Below, piece after piece: positions 16,642-27,000 of a stretch of DNA of 64,000 bases. Each line of letters opens with the position of its first letter. Within the stretch, counting starts at the first letter, position 1. This stretch comes from a virus (taxonomy: Duplodnaviria; Heunggongvirae; Uroviricota; Caudoviricetes): IMG/VR virus record IMGVR_UViG_3300044294_000233, one strand, 5' to 3'. Position numbers and translations under genes: made by a program. A model generated the notes under the pieces. That model was not told where the DNA came from. It saw only the letters and a list, made by a program, of their open reading frames with translations, and did not search any database.

Positions 16642-18756
16642 TTAGCACGAAACGAACGGCGACATCATGAAGATCGACGCACACGGAGCCTTCGGGGAAC
16701 AGCTTCCGATGACGCGGTCACTGATCTTGATCTTGCCCTCGTGGTACACGAGGATCTGTGCCGGACACGGAGCCATCTCGCCGTTCTCGGACGGACAATC
16801 CTGACCGGCCAACAACAGGATCTGTTCCTTAGCCAAGAAGACGTGCATGCGGGCGAGGTTGATGTAAACCTGTTCCGTTGACACGACCTTGTTCTTGGAA
16901 ATGATGCCGATCTTGTTACTTGGATTCTTTTCCTTGTCGCCCACCATCTCGACGTGATCGTCGTAACTTATTGTAATGTAGTCGCCGCCGGCACGAAGCA
17001 TGATTTGACCCGGACCACTCGGAGCCTCTTGGAACCTCATGATGTGCGGGCCACGCTCGGTATTGTCCTTCTGCGGACAGAACATTTGCAGGGACTGGGC
17101 AACCGTATTCTCCTGCGAGTTGGTGTCCTCGATCTTGAACTCGATACCGTAACCCGACCGGATCTTGATGAACGCTTTCTTCGCCTTGTTGACCGGTTGG
17201 TTACCATCGCTTCGCGGGATCAAGTCTTGCTCGTTGTCCTCATCGATCATCATGAACAAGTGTTTGCTGGTCGAACGCATGCTGATGCCGCGACGGAAAC
17301 CGGCGATCCCGATCTCCTTCTCCATATCGTTGAGTTCGATGATGTTGCCTGCCTGCGACTCTAGACGGATGTAATTGTCTTCGCCCCTTTTGTTCGGCTC
17401 GTCTTGCTCGATGTCACTCATGATGAATTTGTGACCCGAACTGCTGAACAGTCCCATGTAACCGTTGAAAATGTTGTTGCACCCATAGTCGAACGGTCGT
17501 AGTGATCGTTCCCACACGCAATCGCCAGTCGGTTCTTCGACCGAGTCGTCCATGACCCATGTGTGGCCGCTGATAGACATCATCTGGATGCCGCTCTGGG
17601 GCAACATGGCGGTGTTGTTACGGTTGTTGCCCGGCCCGCGATACGGTCGGCACTCGTTTTCGTGTTTGAAAAAAGGGTTCGCGCCTATCTGTTGTTTTTG
17701 ATATTTGGTCGGTTTCCACGACGGGAAGTAAGGTGTGTCGGGATGACCGCCAACAATTTTTGCACTGCAAGCGGGGTTTGAAATTTTAGCTCCCTCTTTC
17801 GGCGTGTCGTCTTCCACTGACCCTTCGTCCGCACTGCCGAAATCGGCCCCGGAGTCAACGGGGTTTAAGTCCGGCAAGAAATCGCCGAGGCCGATTGCCC
17901 TGGTAATGTCGATGCCGGGTGCGGCACCTTCGATGCACGTCACGTCACCCGTTTTGACAACGCCGCCCGTGGTCGGGTGTGCGTATTGGCCGGCGTAGTG
18001 CAGGTGATCGTCTTTGAAGATCAGCCAGTTGCCGCAAGACGAGAGTATCTCAAGTCTTTTCCACCGGCGGTCACACGACGCATCGCCGTCAACCATTTTG
18101 AGCATGTGTTTTTCTGGCGTCTTGAACCCGTAAATGTGCGGGTAGGTCAACATCTTTTGGGCTTCCGGGTTCGCATCGAAGTCAACGATGCTATTAAGGT
18201 CGAACCCGTTTGAAGATTCGGTGTTCCACGGCGGCAAACACTGGCTCTCGTCGTTGGGTCCACACAGGTAGCCCTTGCGGTGACCCGACCACACCTTCTG
18301 GTACTCCGCGATGTCAATGGTCCATACATTGGCCCCTTCTGGTCCTCGGTTACGATGCCACGTTGTGCCAATGTAGAAAGGTGCGTTTCTCGCGCCGCCC
18401 TCGAAAATCAAACAGACGGTCGAGCCGGCTGGTGGCACCCACGAACAGCCGGAATCATCAAACCCGCCCATAGGCGAGATCGGCCACGCCCACGGCAGAC
18501 TTTTCATCGGGCTGTCGGGAGACTGGAACAAGGGGCAATAAAAACGGATGCGGTTCTGTTTCCAAACATCTTTGGTTTCAACACACAGGGCAGTGTACAT
18601 GCCAAACATTTGTTCTGATTGAGAAACAATGTGGGTACGGTCGTTCAAAGTCGTAGTTGCGACTTTAGCCATTTCGTATTGACTTGAAGAAAGAACAGCT
18701 TTAACTTTTTTTAGTTCTGTTTCTAGTTGTCGTATTTGGTCTGATAAATTTGTCAT
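16642..18756 (-). CDS. Baseplate central spike / hub-like protein of 704 aa (gpV/VgrG-like position).
   Basis: The call is positional (between the gp25-like gene and the hub candidate) and the protein is Cys-rich. The N-terminal coiled coil is encoded by AT-rich DNA. Confidence 0.4.
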   Translation of the reverse strand: MTNLSDQIRQLETELKKVKAVLSSSQYEMAKVATTTLNDRTHIVSQSEQMFGMYTALCVETKDVWKQNRIRFYCPLFQSPDSPMKSLPWAWPISPMGGFDDSGCSWVPPAGSTVCLIFEGGARNAPFYIGTTWHRNRGPEGANVWTIDIAEYQKVWSGHRKGYLCGPNDESQCLPPWNTESSNGFDLNSIVDFDANPEAQKMLTYPHIYGFKTPEKHMLKMVDGDASCDRRWKRLEILSSCGNWLIFKDDHLHYAGQYAHPTTGGVVKTGDVTCIEGAAPGIDITRAIGLGDFLPDLNPVDSGADFGSADEGSVEDDTPKEGAKISNPACSAKIVGGHPDTPYFPSWKPTKYQKQQIGANPFFKHENECRPYRGPGNNRNNTAMLPQSGIQMMSISGHTWVMDDSVEEPTGDCVWERSLRPFDYGCNNIFNGYMGLFSSSGHKFIMSDIEQDEPNKRGEDNYIRLESQAGNIIELNDMEKEIGIAGFRRGISMRSTSKHLFMMIDEDNEQDLIPRSDGNQPVNKAKKAFIKIRSGYGIEFKIEDTNSQENTVAQSLQMFCPQKDNTERGPHIMRFQEAPSGPGQIMLRAGGDYITISYDDHVEMVGDKEKNPSNKIGIISKNKVVSTEQVYINLARMHVFLAKEQILLLAGQDCPSENGEMAPCPAQILVYHEGKIKISDRVIGSCSPKAPCASIFMMSPFVSC

Positions 18757-20189
18757 TATTGTTCAGTCTTGTTTACATTCATACATTGTACTTTTAAGGT
18801 CGTAGTATAAGCTCCATCAGAAATTTGATGGTTAACACCTTTTATCATCCATTCTTTGTCTGAAAAAATTGGGTTACACATTGGCCCGGCGAGCCATTCG
18901 TGGTATGAACCACCTGAAAAAATTTGAAATGGATTTATTACGATTATCGAAACAACAGCATCGGCCCATCGCGATTGATGGACAAAGCTTGTGTCGCCAT
19001 GTATTTTTAACTCGGCTTCCATAGGCGCTTGCAGCTCTTTGTAGTGTGCCGCCGTTTCGTGTTCCGCCATAGCTTTTTGCATTTTTGGAGTAATTTGATC
19101 TGGCGACCGCCAATTGATGTCGTTTTGTGGTGCGGCGAATTGTGTTGTAGTACCAGCACCACGTTGAGTAGTGGTTATGTCCTTACAATTCCCGCTTCGT
19201 CTTTGTTCTATTGGCGGTCGTTGTTCTATATTCTTAGCAGATGTGGCACCTCCCAAGTTACCACCCGAATTAAGATCAGCAGTATATTGCCATTCTGCTT
19301 TTGGGTTAAAGCTAATTACAGGGCTGCAATCTCCTCCGTTTACAATGTAAGTTCCAGCACAAAAAAATCCATTAGACGTTTCGTCACAATATGGTCGCGA
19401 ATCTTCCATGAACCAAAGTTCTGGAACTGATGACCCAGAGTTCCAAATAGCATAAAATCCTTTATTACGGTCTGTCGTCAAGGAATTGAAAAATTTTCTC
19501 ATGGCCGAAATAGGATTTTGTTGATCTCCCTGCCAAACTCCCATTGGACCCTCTGGCCCGCCATCACTATTTTTGAATCTCCATTCAGTTAGATTTGGTC
19601 CATTTCGTCTTAAATATCTGATGTTATTGAGTGGTGGACAATTTCTTGACGCCATTTTTCTTACCGCCGGCATCAATCTAACTTTATTTGATTCTGTTCC
19701 AACAGGTACTTGCACGCGACTTTCTGCCATGTGGGTTAACATATCGGTTCCATTCAACGTGTATTTTATAACACCTCCTTCGTACACGCTTTCTATTTTT
19801 CCGGGTATGAAAAATATCGGCCCTTCAGGAATTCCGATTTTGGTTAAATTTCCATCTGTCGATCTGGAGATCCATCCAAAGTTAATTTCCATATTGTGAT
19901 CATCGGCGGCTTGACATAAATTTTTGTTAACTGCATTGAAATATCTCACAAAACTACCACCAGATTCATCAATTATTTCTACAGTACAGCCAGCACCAGT
20001 CGAGCCGCCAAATTCAAAAGATTTGATGCAGGCTGTGTTGGGTTCTCCTGGGAATGATTTGTTACCAACGGTGATAGTTCCACCCAATGTCATTGTCACA
20101 AATGGTGCGTAAACCGCGCCAGTGTTGGGCTTTATTTTTTGTAGATCACCACATTGATATTCTGGCAAACAAATTGCGTTACAAGACAT
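18756..20189 (-). CDS. Baseplate hub-like protein (Mu gpP / P2 gpD position), Cys-rich.
   Basis: 477-aa ORF with markedly lower GC than the rest of the operon. It lies between the LysM/gpX-like gene and the spike candidate. Confidence 0.35.
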   Translation of the reverse strand: MSCNAICLPEYQCGDLQKIKPNTGAVYAPFVTMTLGGTITVGNKSFPGEPNTACIKSFEFGGSTGAGCTVEIIDESGGSFVRYFNAVNKNLCQAADDHNMEINFGWISRSTDGNLTKIGIPEGPIFFIPGKIESVYEGGVIKYTLNGTDMLTHMAESRVQVPVGTESNKVRLMPAVRKMASRNCPPLNNIRYLRRNGPNLTEWRFKNSDGGPEGPMGVWQGDQQNPISAMRKFFNSLTTDRNKGFYAIWNSGSSVPELWFMEDSRPYCDETSNGFFCAGTYIVNGGDCSPVISFNPKAEWQYTADLNSGGNLGGATSAKNIEQRPPIEQRRSGNCKDITTTQRGAGTTTQFAAPQNDINWRSPDQITPKMQKAMAEHETAAHYKELQAPMEAELKIHGDTSFVHQSRWADAVVSIIVINPFQIFSGGSYHEWLAGPMCNPIFSDKEWMIKGVNHQISDGAYTTTLKVQCMNVNKTEQ

Positions 20190-20198
20190 ACGTTTTCC

Positions 20199-20525
20199 TT
20201 AGATCATTGAGGGGATTCGGATGTTGACGCCGGCCTTGAAGTCGTAAATGTCGTAGATCCCGTTAGCCTCCATGATCCGCCACCAGAAATCGGGCAGACC
20301 GTAGACGCGACTACTGACCAGATCGGGACGGTACTCTTGGCCCTTCCCGATTACCATGAATTTGTCGTTGGGGGTCACGGCAGAAACGCCACGCTTGTAC
20401 GTCGTAAGTGACAGGCGTTTCATGTCCGTGTAATAGCAGATGGTCGAGTCGGAATACCGACTCGCGGCAGTGAAGTAAGTTCTGGGGTTTATGTTCGTTT
20501 CTTCAAAGAAGTTGGCCACTGTCAC
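20199..20525 (-). CDS. Tail protein X-like (LysM-like domain).
   Basis: YKRGVSAVTPNDKFMVIGKGQEYRPDLVSSRVYGLPDFWWRIMEANGIYDIYDFKAGVNIRIP resembles the P2 gpX / LysM pattern (D.L..ia....G....W..i...N.i.d...i..G..i.IP). Confidence 0.5.
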   Translation of the reverse strand: MTVANFFEETNINPRTYFTAASRYSDSTICYYTDMKRLSLTTYKRGVSAVTPNDKFMVIGKGQEYRPDLVSSRVYGLPDFWWRIMEANGIYDIYDFKAGVNIRIPSMI

Positions 20526-20531
20526 CTCGGT

Positions 20532-21071
20532 TTACATGCCCAGGTTGACAATTCTTTCGGCCCCAGGCAAATTGTTGCTGCTATAAACGACCTCGAAGCT
20601 GAGATCGATGTCCATCTTAAATGGAGTAAGCTTGTCTTCATCCCACGCCACGTCGGTCGGGAATTTCACACTGTAACTTTTCAGAACCGCGTTCAAAGGC
20701 TGGTTCCCCACACTCAGAAGCTCCCCGCACTTCAACTGACAGATCAGCGGCGGCGCATACGGACCCGGTCCCGTGTTCCTCGGATAGACACAGGACTCCA
20801 GCTTCCTCATCAAGATCAAGTTGTCGTTGATGTCCTGCTTCGACACGACGAACAAGTGCATCGCCCAACTGATCGACCTGTTTTCCGAGTGGCTGAACGC
20901 CTTGATCGGGAACGAACGACCAATGATCGTCGTGTCAGGATAACTGGCGCTCTTGCCGTCGCTCAGTTCGGGCAAGTTGTTCATGAAGATCGGGCCGTAG
21001 CCGGGAATTGTGATGTAACAATTCCTGATAGGTTTCAGTCTGCACGAGCCTTTTTCCGTAGCTCTAGCCAT
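20532..21071 (-). CDS. Tail protein, immediately downstream of the tape-measure gene (gpU / DNA-circulation position).
   Basis: 179-aa ORF whose start overlaps the stop of the tape-measure gene. Confidence 0.35.
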   Translation of the reverse strand: MARATEKGSCRLKPIRNCYITIPGYGPIFMNNLPELSDGKSASYPDTTIIGRSFPIKAFSHSENRSISWAMHLFVVSKQDINDNLILMRKLESCVYPRNTGPGPYAPPLICQLKCGELLSVGNQPLNAVLKSYSVKFPTDVAWDEDKLTPFKMDIDLSFEVVYSSNNLPGAERIVNLGM

Positions 21072-24000
21072 TATCTGGTCCTTACCATGTTGGTGGCACC
21101 CTTACCTGCGGAACTGTTGAAGTCGCCAACGGGTGCGCGGTAGTAAGCAGCCGGCTTGTCGGGACGCGAATATGTATTCGTGTCCCCGCCCGGTGCCGTG
21201 TTGCTTCCAGAACGCGGCGTCATCAGCCGCAACATGGCCTGAAGCACGCTGAGGATCTCGTCGTTGGTCATCTTGTTCTCTTCAATCGCCTTCTGCAAGT
21301 TGCTGAAATCGACCGCGTTCTTGTTGCCACCGGCCGGCGGCTGAGAAGTCGCCTGATCTCTCATGATCGTCTTCTCAACGTCCAAGTTGGCCGCGCCCGT
21401 TGTCGAAGCGGTCTGTACCGGCTCAGGCGTACTCAATCCGGTCTTAGCGGCCGGGATGCTGACAGGAGCGCCGGCACCCGGCACGCCACCGCCAAGCGGC
21501 TTGTCTTTGGCCATTTGGCCGATTGACAACACGTTGCTCTGCAACTGTTTAACCGTCTCGATGAACTTTAAAGAGTCGGTCAACGCCTGATTCGTGTCGC
21601 CCGCCGCCTTGATCTTGGCCTGCACACCCATCAGAGTCGTCTTGACCTCTTCGTTGGTTCCGAAGTTGGTGGCGACCGCCTCGACCGTCTTCAACACCGA
21701 CACCATGAAGCTGTTGCCCGACGCGATCTTGGCCGTAATTTCTTTCTCAACGTCTTTGATGGCATTGAGTTGCGTCAGGTTGTTGGTGGTCTGCTTGATC
21801 ATGTTGACGGCGTTGTTCGCCATCGTGAAGATTTCCGCCAATTTCTTGGTGTAGTCTTCTGTTTCCTTCAGACCCGCCGCCATTTCATCCATGCGGACTT
21901 TCTGTCCGGCGATGGTTTCGAGCAACGCCTTGCCGCCGGCAAAGTCGAAGCCTTTACCGATGTTCTCTGCAATCCTCTGGACGGTCGGCACGAACTGCTT
22001 GCTCTGCGCGATCTTCTCGGAGATCTGGTTCTCGTAGAAGTCCAAATCACCGAACATCGACATGTACTCGCTGGTCTTCTGGATGTCACCGATGACACTG
22101 GACGACCGCTCGAACAGATCCTTGATGTCGTGGGTGTAGTTCTCGACAATTCGCAAAGCACTTTGCATCGATGTGATTTGTGGAGATTGTTGACCCATCA
22201 CATCAACCAAAGAATTAGTATCGTTCATGCCCATCGACTCGGCGTTCTGTTCCGCGAACGCACTCACGAACTCGGCTAAGTTGCCATTTTCAGGGTTGCC
22301 CAAACTCCCCATGTTCATAGACTGACTTAGATCAACAGAAGCCATAGCTTTAGCTGACGCGGCCATGCTTTCCATAGCCTGAGCCATCGTCTTGAACATT
22401 TCGTCCATCTTGGTGATGCGGGCAACGGCGTCGGTCATCTCGCTGTCTTTCGGCCATGTCTGCATCGGCTCCATCACGCCGCGACGGATGATGAAGCCCG
22501 CTTCCCACATGAACATGTCCATGTCGCGGTACGCGCCCCAAATGCCCGAACTCTTCATCATCTCGCGAGCGCCGGCCGTCGCCTCGCTCAAGCTCTGAAC
22601 GATTGACGGCAACTTTGATACGATCTCTGTCATCTTGTCGAGCTTGGCGATAGCGTCGTCCGCTTCTTTCTGTGGCGGGAATCCGGTCGTGATCGGCATC
22701 ACAATACCGAAGTTCAACATCGAGGCAACGTTATAGAACCATATCGTAAATCGTGTTACCTCGTTGCCCTCGATCTTGTTTTGATCTAACAGTGCCAAAC
22801 CTTCTTTAATCTTGGAGTACAGATCCTCCATGAACTTCGGCAATTTGGCAACGATCTGCGTCATTCCTTCAAGTCTTCCGCCCATGTCCTGAACTTCGTC
22901 CACGGTCGGGAACTGCGTCTTGATCGGAATCACCATACCTTCGGTCAGCAAGCGGGCTACGTTCGCGAACCATGTCGCGAACGTTTCGATTGCGTCCATC
23001 TTCATCCGCATTTTGCTGCTTTTCAGGATTTTCTGAATTCCACTGCCGAGAGTGTCAATCATGGTTCCGATGGCCGGAAGCATATCGGCCAGACCTTTCA
23101 TCACATTTGCAGCCATTTGAATGTAGCGTGGGTTTAACATAATGCCCTCGCCCTCGGCTTGGCCGGCACCGAATATAGGGCCAATAATACCATGTGATAT
23201 GAAACTTAAAATCGCCGTGAAGTTCTGCTGGAAACCTTGTTGCAACTTGGCTAACGTTTTCTGCAACTTATTCTTGCCGCTGAACCAGCCTTTGCTGCTC
23301 AGATCGGCAATTGGGCCATTCAGTGCGTCAATCACAGGTGGAATAGCAGGTAGCATTTCTGCCAGCCCCTTCATAATCTTACCGGCGGTTTGAACATCTC
23401 GTGGATTTAGTTTAGTGCCAAAAGCACCGGCACCGATACCAAATATCGGATCAATAATACCGTAAGAAATGAAATTCAAAATTGCCGCAAAACTTGAATG
23501 GAAACCGTCTTTTAGTTTATTCAGAGTTTTTTCTAATTTGTTACTGCCGTATCCAAACCAACTTTTTTTAGACAGATCGGCAATTGGGCCATTCAGTGCG
23601 TCAATCACAGGTGGAATAGCGGGTAGCATATCAGCCAGCCCCTTCATCACGTTCGCGGCCGTCTGAATGTCGCGAGGATTGAGTTTAACACCTGCGGCAC
23701 CGGGACCAATGCCAAAGATTGGATCAATAATGCCGTAAGAAATAAAACTCAAGATTGCTGCAAAGTTCTTACTGAAGAAACCTGTTGTTACCTTAAGAGC
23801 TTTTTCCATCTTGCTTGGCCCAACAAGACCCCACCAACGCGGTTCCATCAACGGTAATAATTCGTCGGTTAGTGACTTGATGACTGGCGGAATCGTACTA
23901 ATCGTCTTGGCAATCGCCTCGCAAATTTCACCAGCTTTTTTCACCCCTTCAATGTCAACTGATTCGGCGAACTTGGAAAGCATGTATGCCAAGAACTGGA

Positions 24001-27000
24001 ACGGCCCCATCATCACGAGGAATGCCAACGCGCCCATCCATATAAACGTGGAAGCCAAAGTTGAGAATATCAAAAGCACGCCCAATAACGATAGTGACGC
24101 CGTTGCCGAAATCATTTTCCAAGACAGGCTCCTAATCGTGTCGGTCAACGAGGTGAACGAATCTTGAATGGCTTGCATTCGTTCTGGGGTCAGGCCCATG
24201 TCGTCAATGATCGTCCGGCCGAAGTTGGAGATCGCACTGCCAAGAGCCAAAATCGGGATCGCCAGCACCGCGAAGGCACCGACGCCCAACATCGCGAGGC
24301 TCATCATCAGAACGGAGAAGATGCTCAGAACGCCGAGGACCGCCAATTTCGCGGTGGCTCCCAACATCGACATGCACAATTCGCCAATCGTCTCAGACAG
24401 CGTCACGAACGTCTCGCCGATCTGCTTCATCCGTTCCGGGGTCAGACCCAGTTCGTCAAGCGTGTCGCCGAACTCGGCGATGATCTCGGCCAGAGCGAGA
24501 ATCGGCAAGCTTACCAGTGCGAATGCTCCCACGCCCAACCACATCAAGCCGTATGCGTAAAGCAGGAACGGGTAGGCGATACCCAACATGCTCCAGCCCG
24601 GAGTCGCCTCAATCAGTGCGTAGGAGATTGCCCCAATACCGATTGCCAGTACCAGCCACGTCGCCGCGATGTCGAACATCCGACTCGGCGTCAACCCAAG
24701 CTCGTCAATTACGATTGTCCCGAACGCGGCCAGAATCGCAGCGAACGCCACGATTGGCAAACTCACTAGCGCGAAGGCCGCAACCGCCATGAACAACAGG
24801 GGGAGCAGCGACCAGATCACACCCAGACCGACACCCATCGTTACCCATCCGGGCAACGATGCCGTTAGAGCGTAACCGATGGCCCCGACCGCGACGGCGA
24901 GGATCAACCATGTCGCTGCAATCTGGAACATACGGCCCGGAGTCAATCCGAGTTGATCAATTACGATGTACCCGAACCCTGCAAGAAGTGCCGCGAACGC
25001 GATGATCGGCAGACTCACTAAGGCGAATGCGGCCACTGCGTTTAGCAACACCGGCATCAACGCCCAGATCACCGACAGACCGGCACCCATCGTTACCCAT
25101 CCGGGCAACGAGGCGGCAAGAGCGTACCCGATGGCTCCGACCGCGACGGCGAGGATCAACCACGTCGCTGCAATGGCGAACATGCGGCCCGGACTCAGGC
25201 CGAACTTGTCGATGACAACGTATCCGAACAGTGCGAGAAGGCCCGCGAACGCGATGAGCGGCAAGCTGACTAGCGCGAACGCCGCCACCGCACTCCACAG
25301 CATCGGATAGATCGACCACACGGCACTCAGACCGGCACCCATTGTCGCCCATCCCGGCAACGAAGCCGTGAGAGCGTACCCGATGGCTCCGACCGCGACG
25401 GCGAGGATCAACCACGTCGCTGCAATGGCGAACATGCGGCCCGGAGTCAACCCGAACTTGTCGATCACGACGTAACCGAACAACGCCATGATTGCGGCGA
25501 ACGCGATCAGCGGCAGAGTCACGAGTCCGAACGCACCTACAGCGGCCCACAGTTCTTTGTGGAGCGTGTGCATCATCTTCGTGGCGACCGGGAGTTGTGC
25601 GTACATCGGCCCAGACCGGACAATCGCTTCCGCGATTCCGGCGATACCGAGAGCCAACGCGATCCACGTTCCGGCGATCAGGAGCAACCTGCCCGGACTC
25701 AGCCCCAACGCACCCAGAACGATCTTGCCGAAGATCGCGAGTTCCGCCGCAAACACGAGCAGCGGACCCGACAACTTCGCCAACGCCTTAGCGCCCTTCC
25801 ACATGTTCTTGACCATCGCGTTGATGTCCTTTTCGGCATCCGCGAGTTTGTCGAGGTGTGGCTTGGCGTAGTACAAGGCGGTGCCGATCAGTCCAGCCGC
25901 TCCCATGATCACGCCGATGATCGCGGCCGTCTCGATGACCGTCTTGATGTCCAGCTTCAATTTGCTGAACAACATGTTAGCCAACTTGATCAACACCGCG
26001 CCCAACAGCACGATTCCGATTGTCAGTGCCGCGATGATGCCGGCCGCTTTAGCGATTCTTGGTCCGTCCCCCTTCAGTTTCTCGATCTTGTCTAGGATCG
26101 ATTTGGTGTCGTCGCCACCAGCCGACGCCTTGCTTTTTTCTTTGGCCGCTGCCCCGCCCGCCTTCTTCTCCGCTTTGGCGACCGCTCCTTGTTCGATCTG
26201 GGCGGCATTGGCCTTATTCTTCTTGCCGATGTTTTTGAACTCGTCGTTCTCGATCCCGTTGGCCTTCGGACTGCACAGGCAGTGAAGCAACTGACGCAGC
26301 AACCCTGCTACCGTGTCGTCTTCGACGTGAGACACGCCGCCCAAACCGTCTTTTGCCAAAGCCTCGACGCCCTTGCCCGCATCAACTCCTGAACCAGCCG
26401 CCGCACCGGGTGCAACGTCCCCCGCCCCGCCCTTCTTCTTGCCGCCGTAACCGAAGATCTTGCCCAAGCCTTTTTTAAGCACACCCATCACACCGAAGTC
26501 CTTGTCGGCCCGCCACCGTGCGATGGACAACGCCTGTTGTGCCGCCATCATGCCCAAGAGCGGAGCCAATACGCCCAACACTCCCGTCAAGTTCATGTAA
26601 CTTGAAAGGAAACTGCTGGTGAAGTTCCTCATCGTGTCGTTCAGTTCGCGGACGCCCTGCTCGATCTTGCTCATCGGGTCCAGAGCGGCCTTCTGTGCGG
26701 TCGCGGCTTCTTGTTCGGCCTTAGTCAACTTGGCCGACAGTTCGCGGAACGCCGCAGGGTCTTTCAACGCCTTCTCGATCTCAGAAGAGTCGATACTCAG
26801 TTCCGACTTGCCGGACGCCTTCAGCGACTCGTTGACACCCTTCAAAGCTTCGTTGATGGCGTCACGGGCTGCACCGGCGTTGCTGCCCCACGACTTACCC
26901 ATCGCCTTCAGGTCGCCCTCGAAGTCCTTCCTTCTTTCTCCGAACTTGGACAACGCGGCGTTCATGTCCTTAGCGCCCTTAGCCGCCTCGTCCAAACTCG

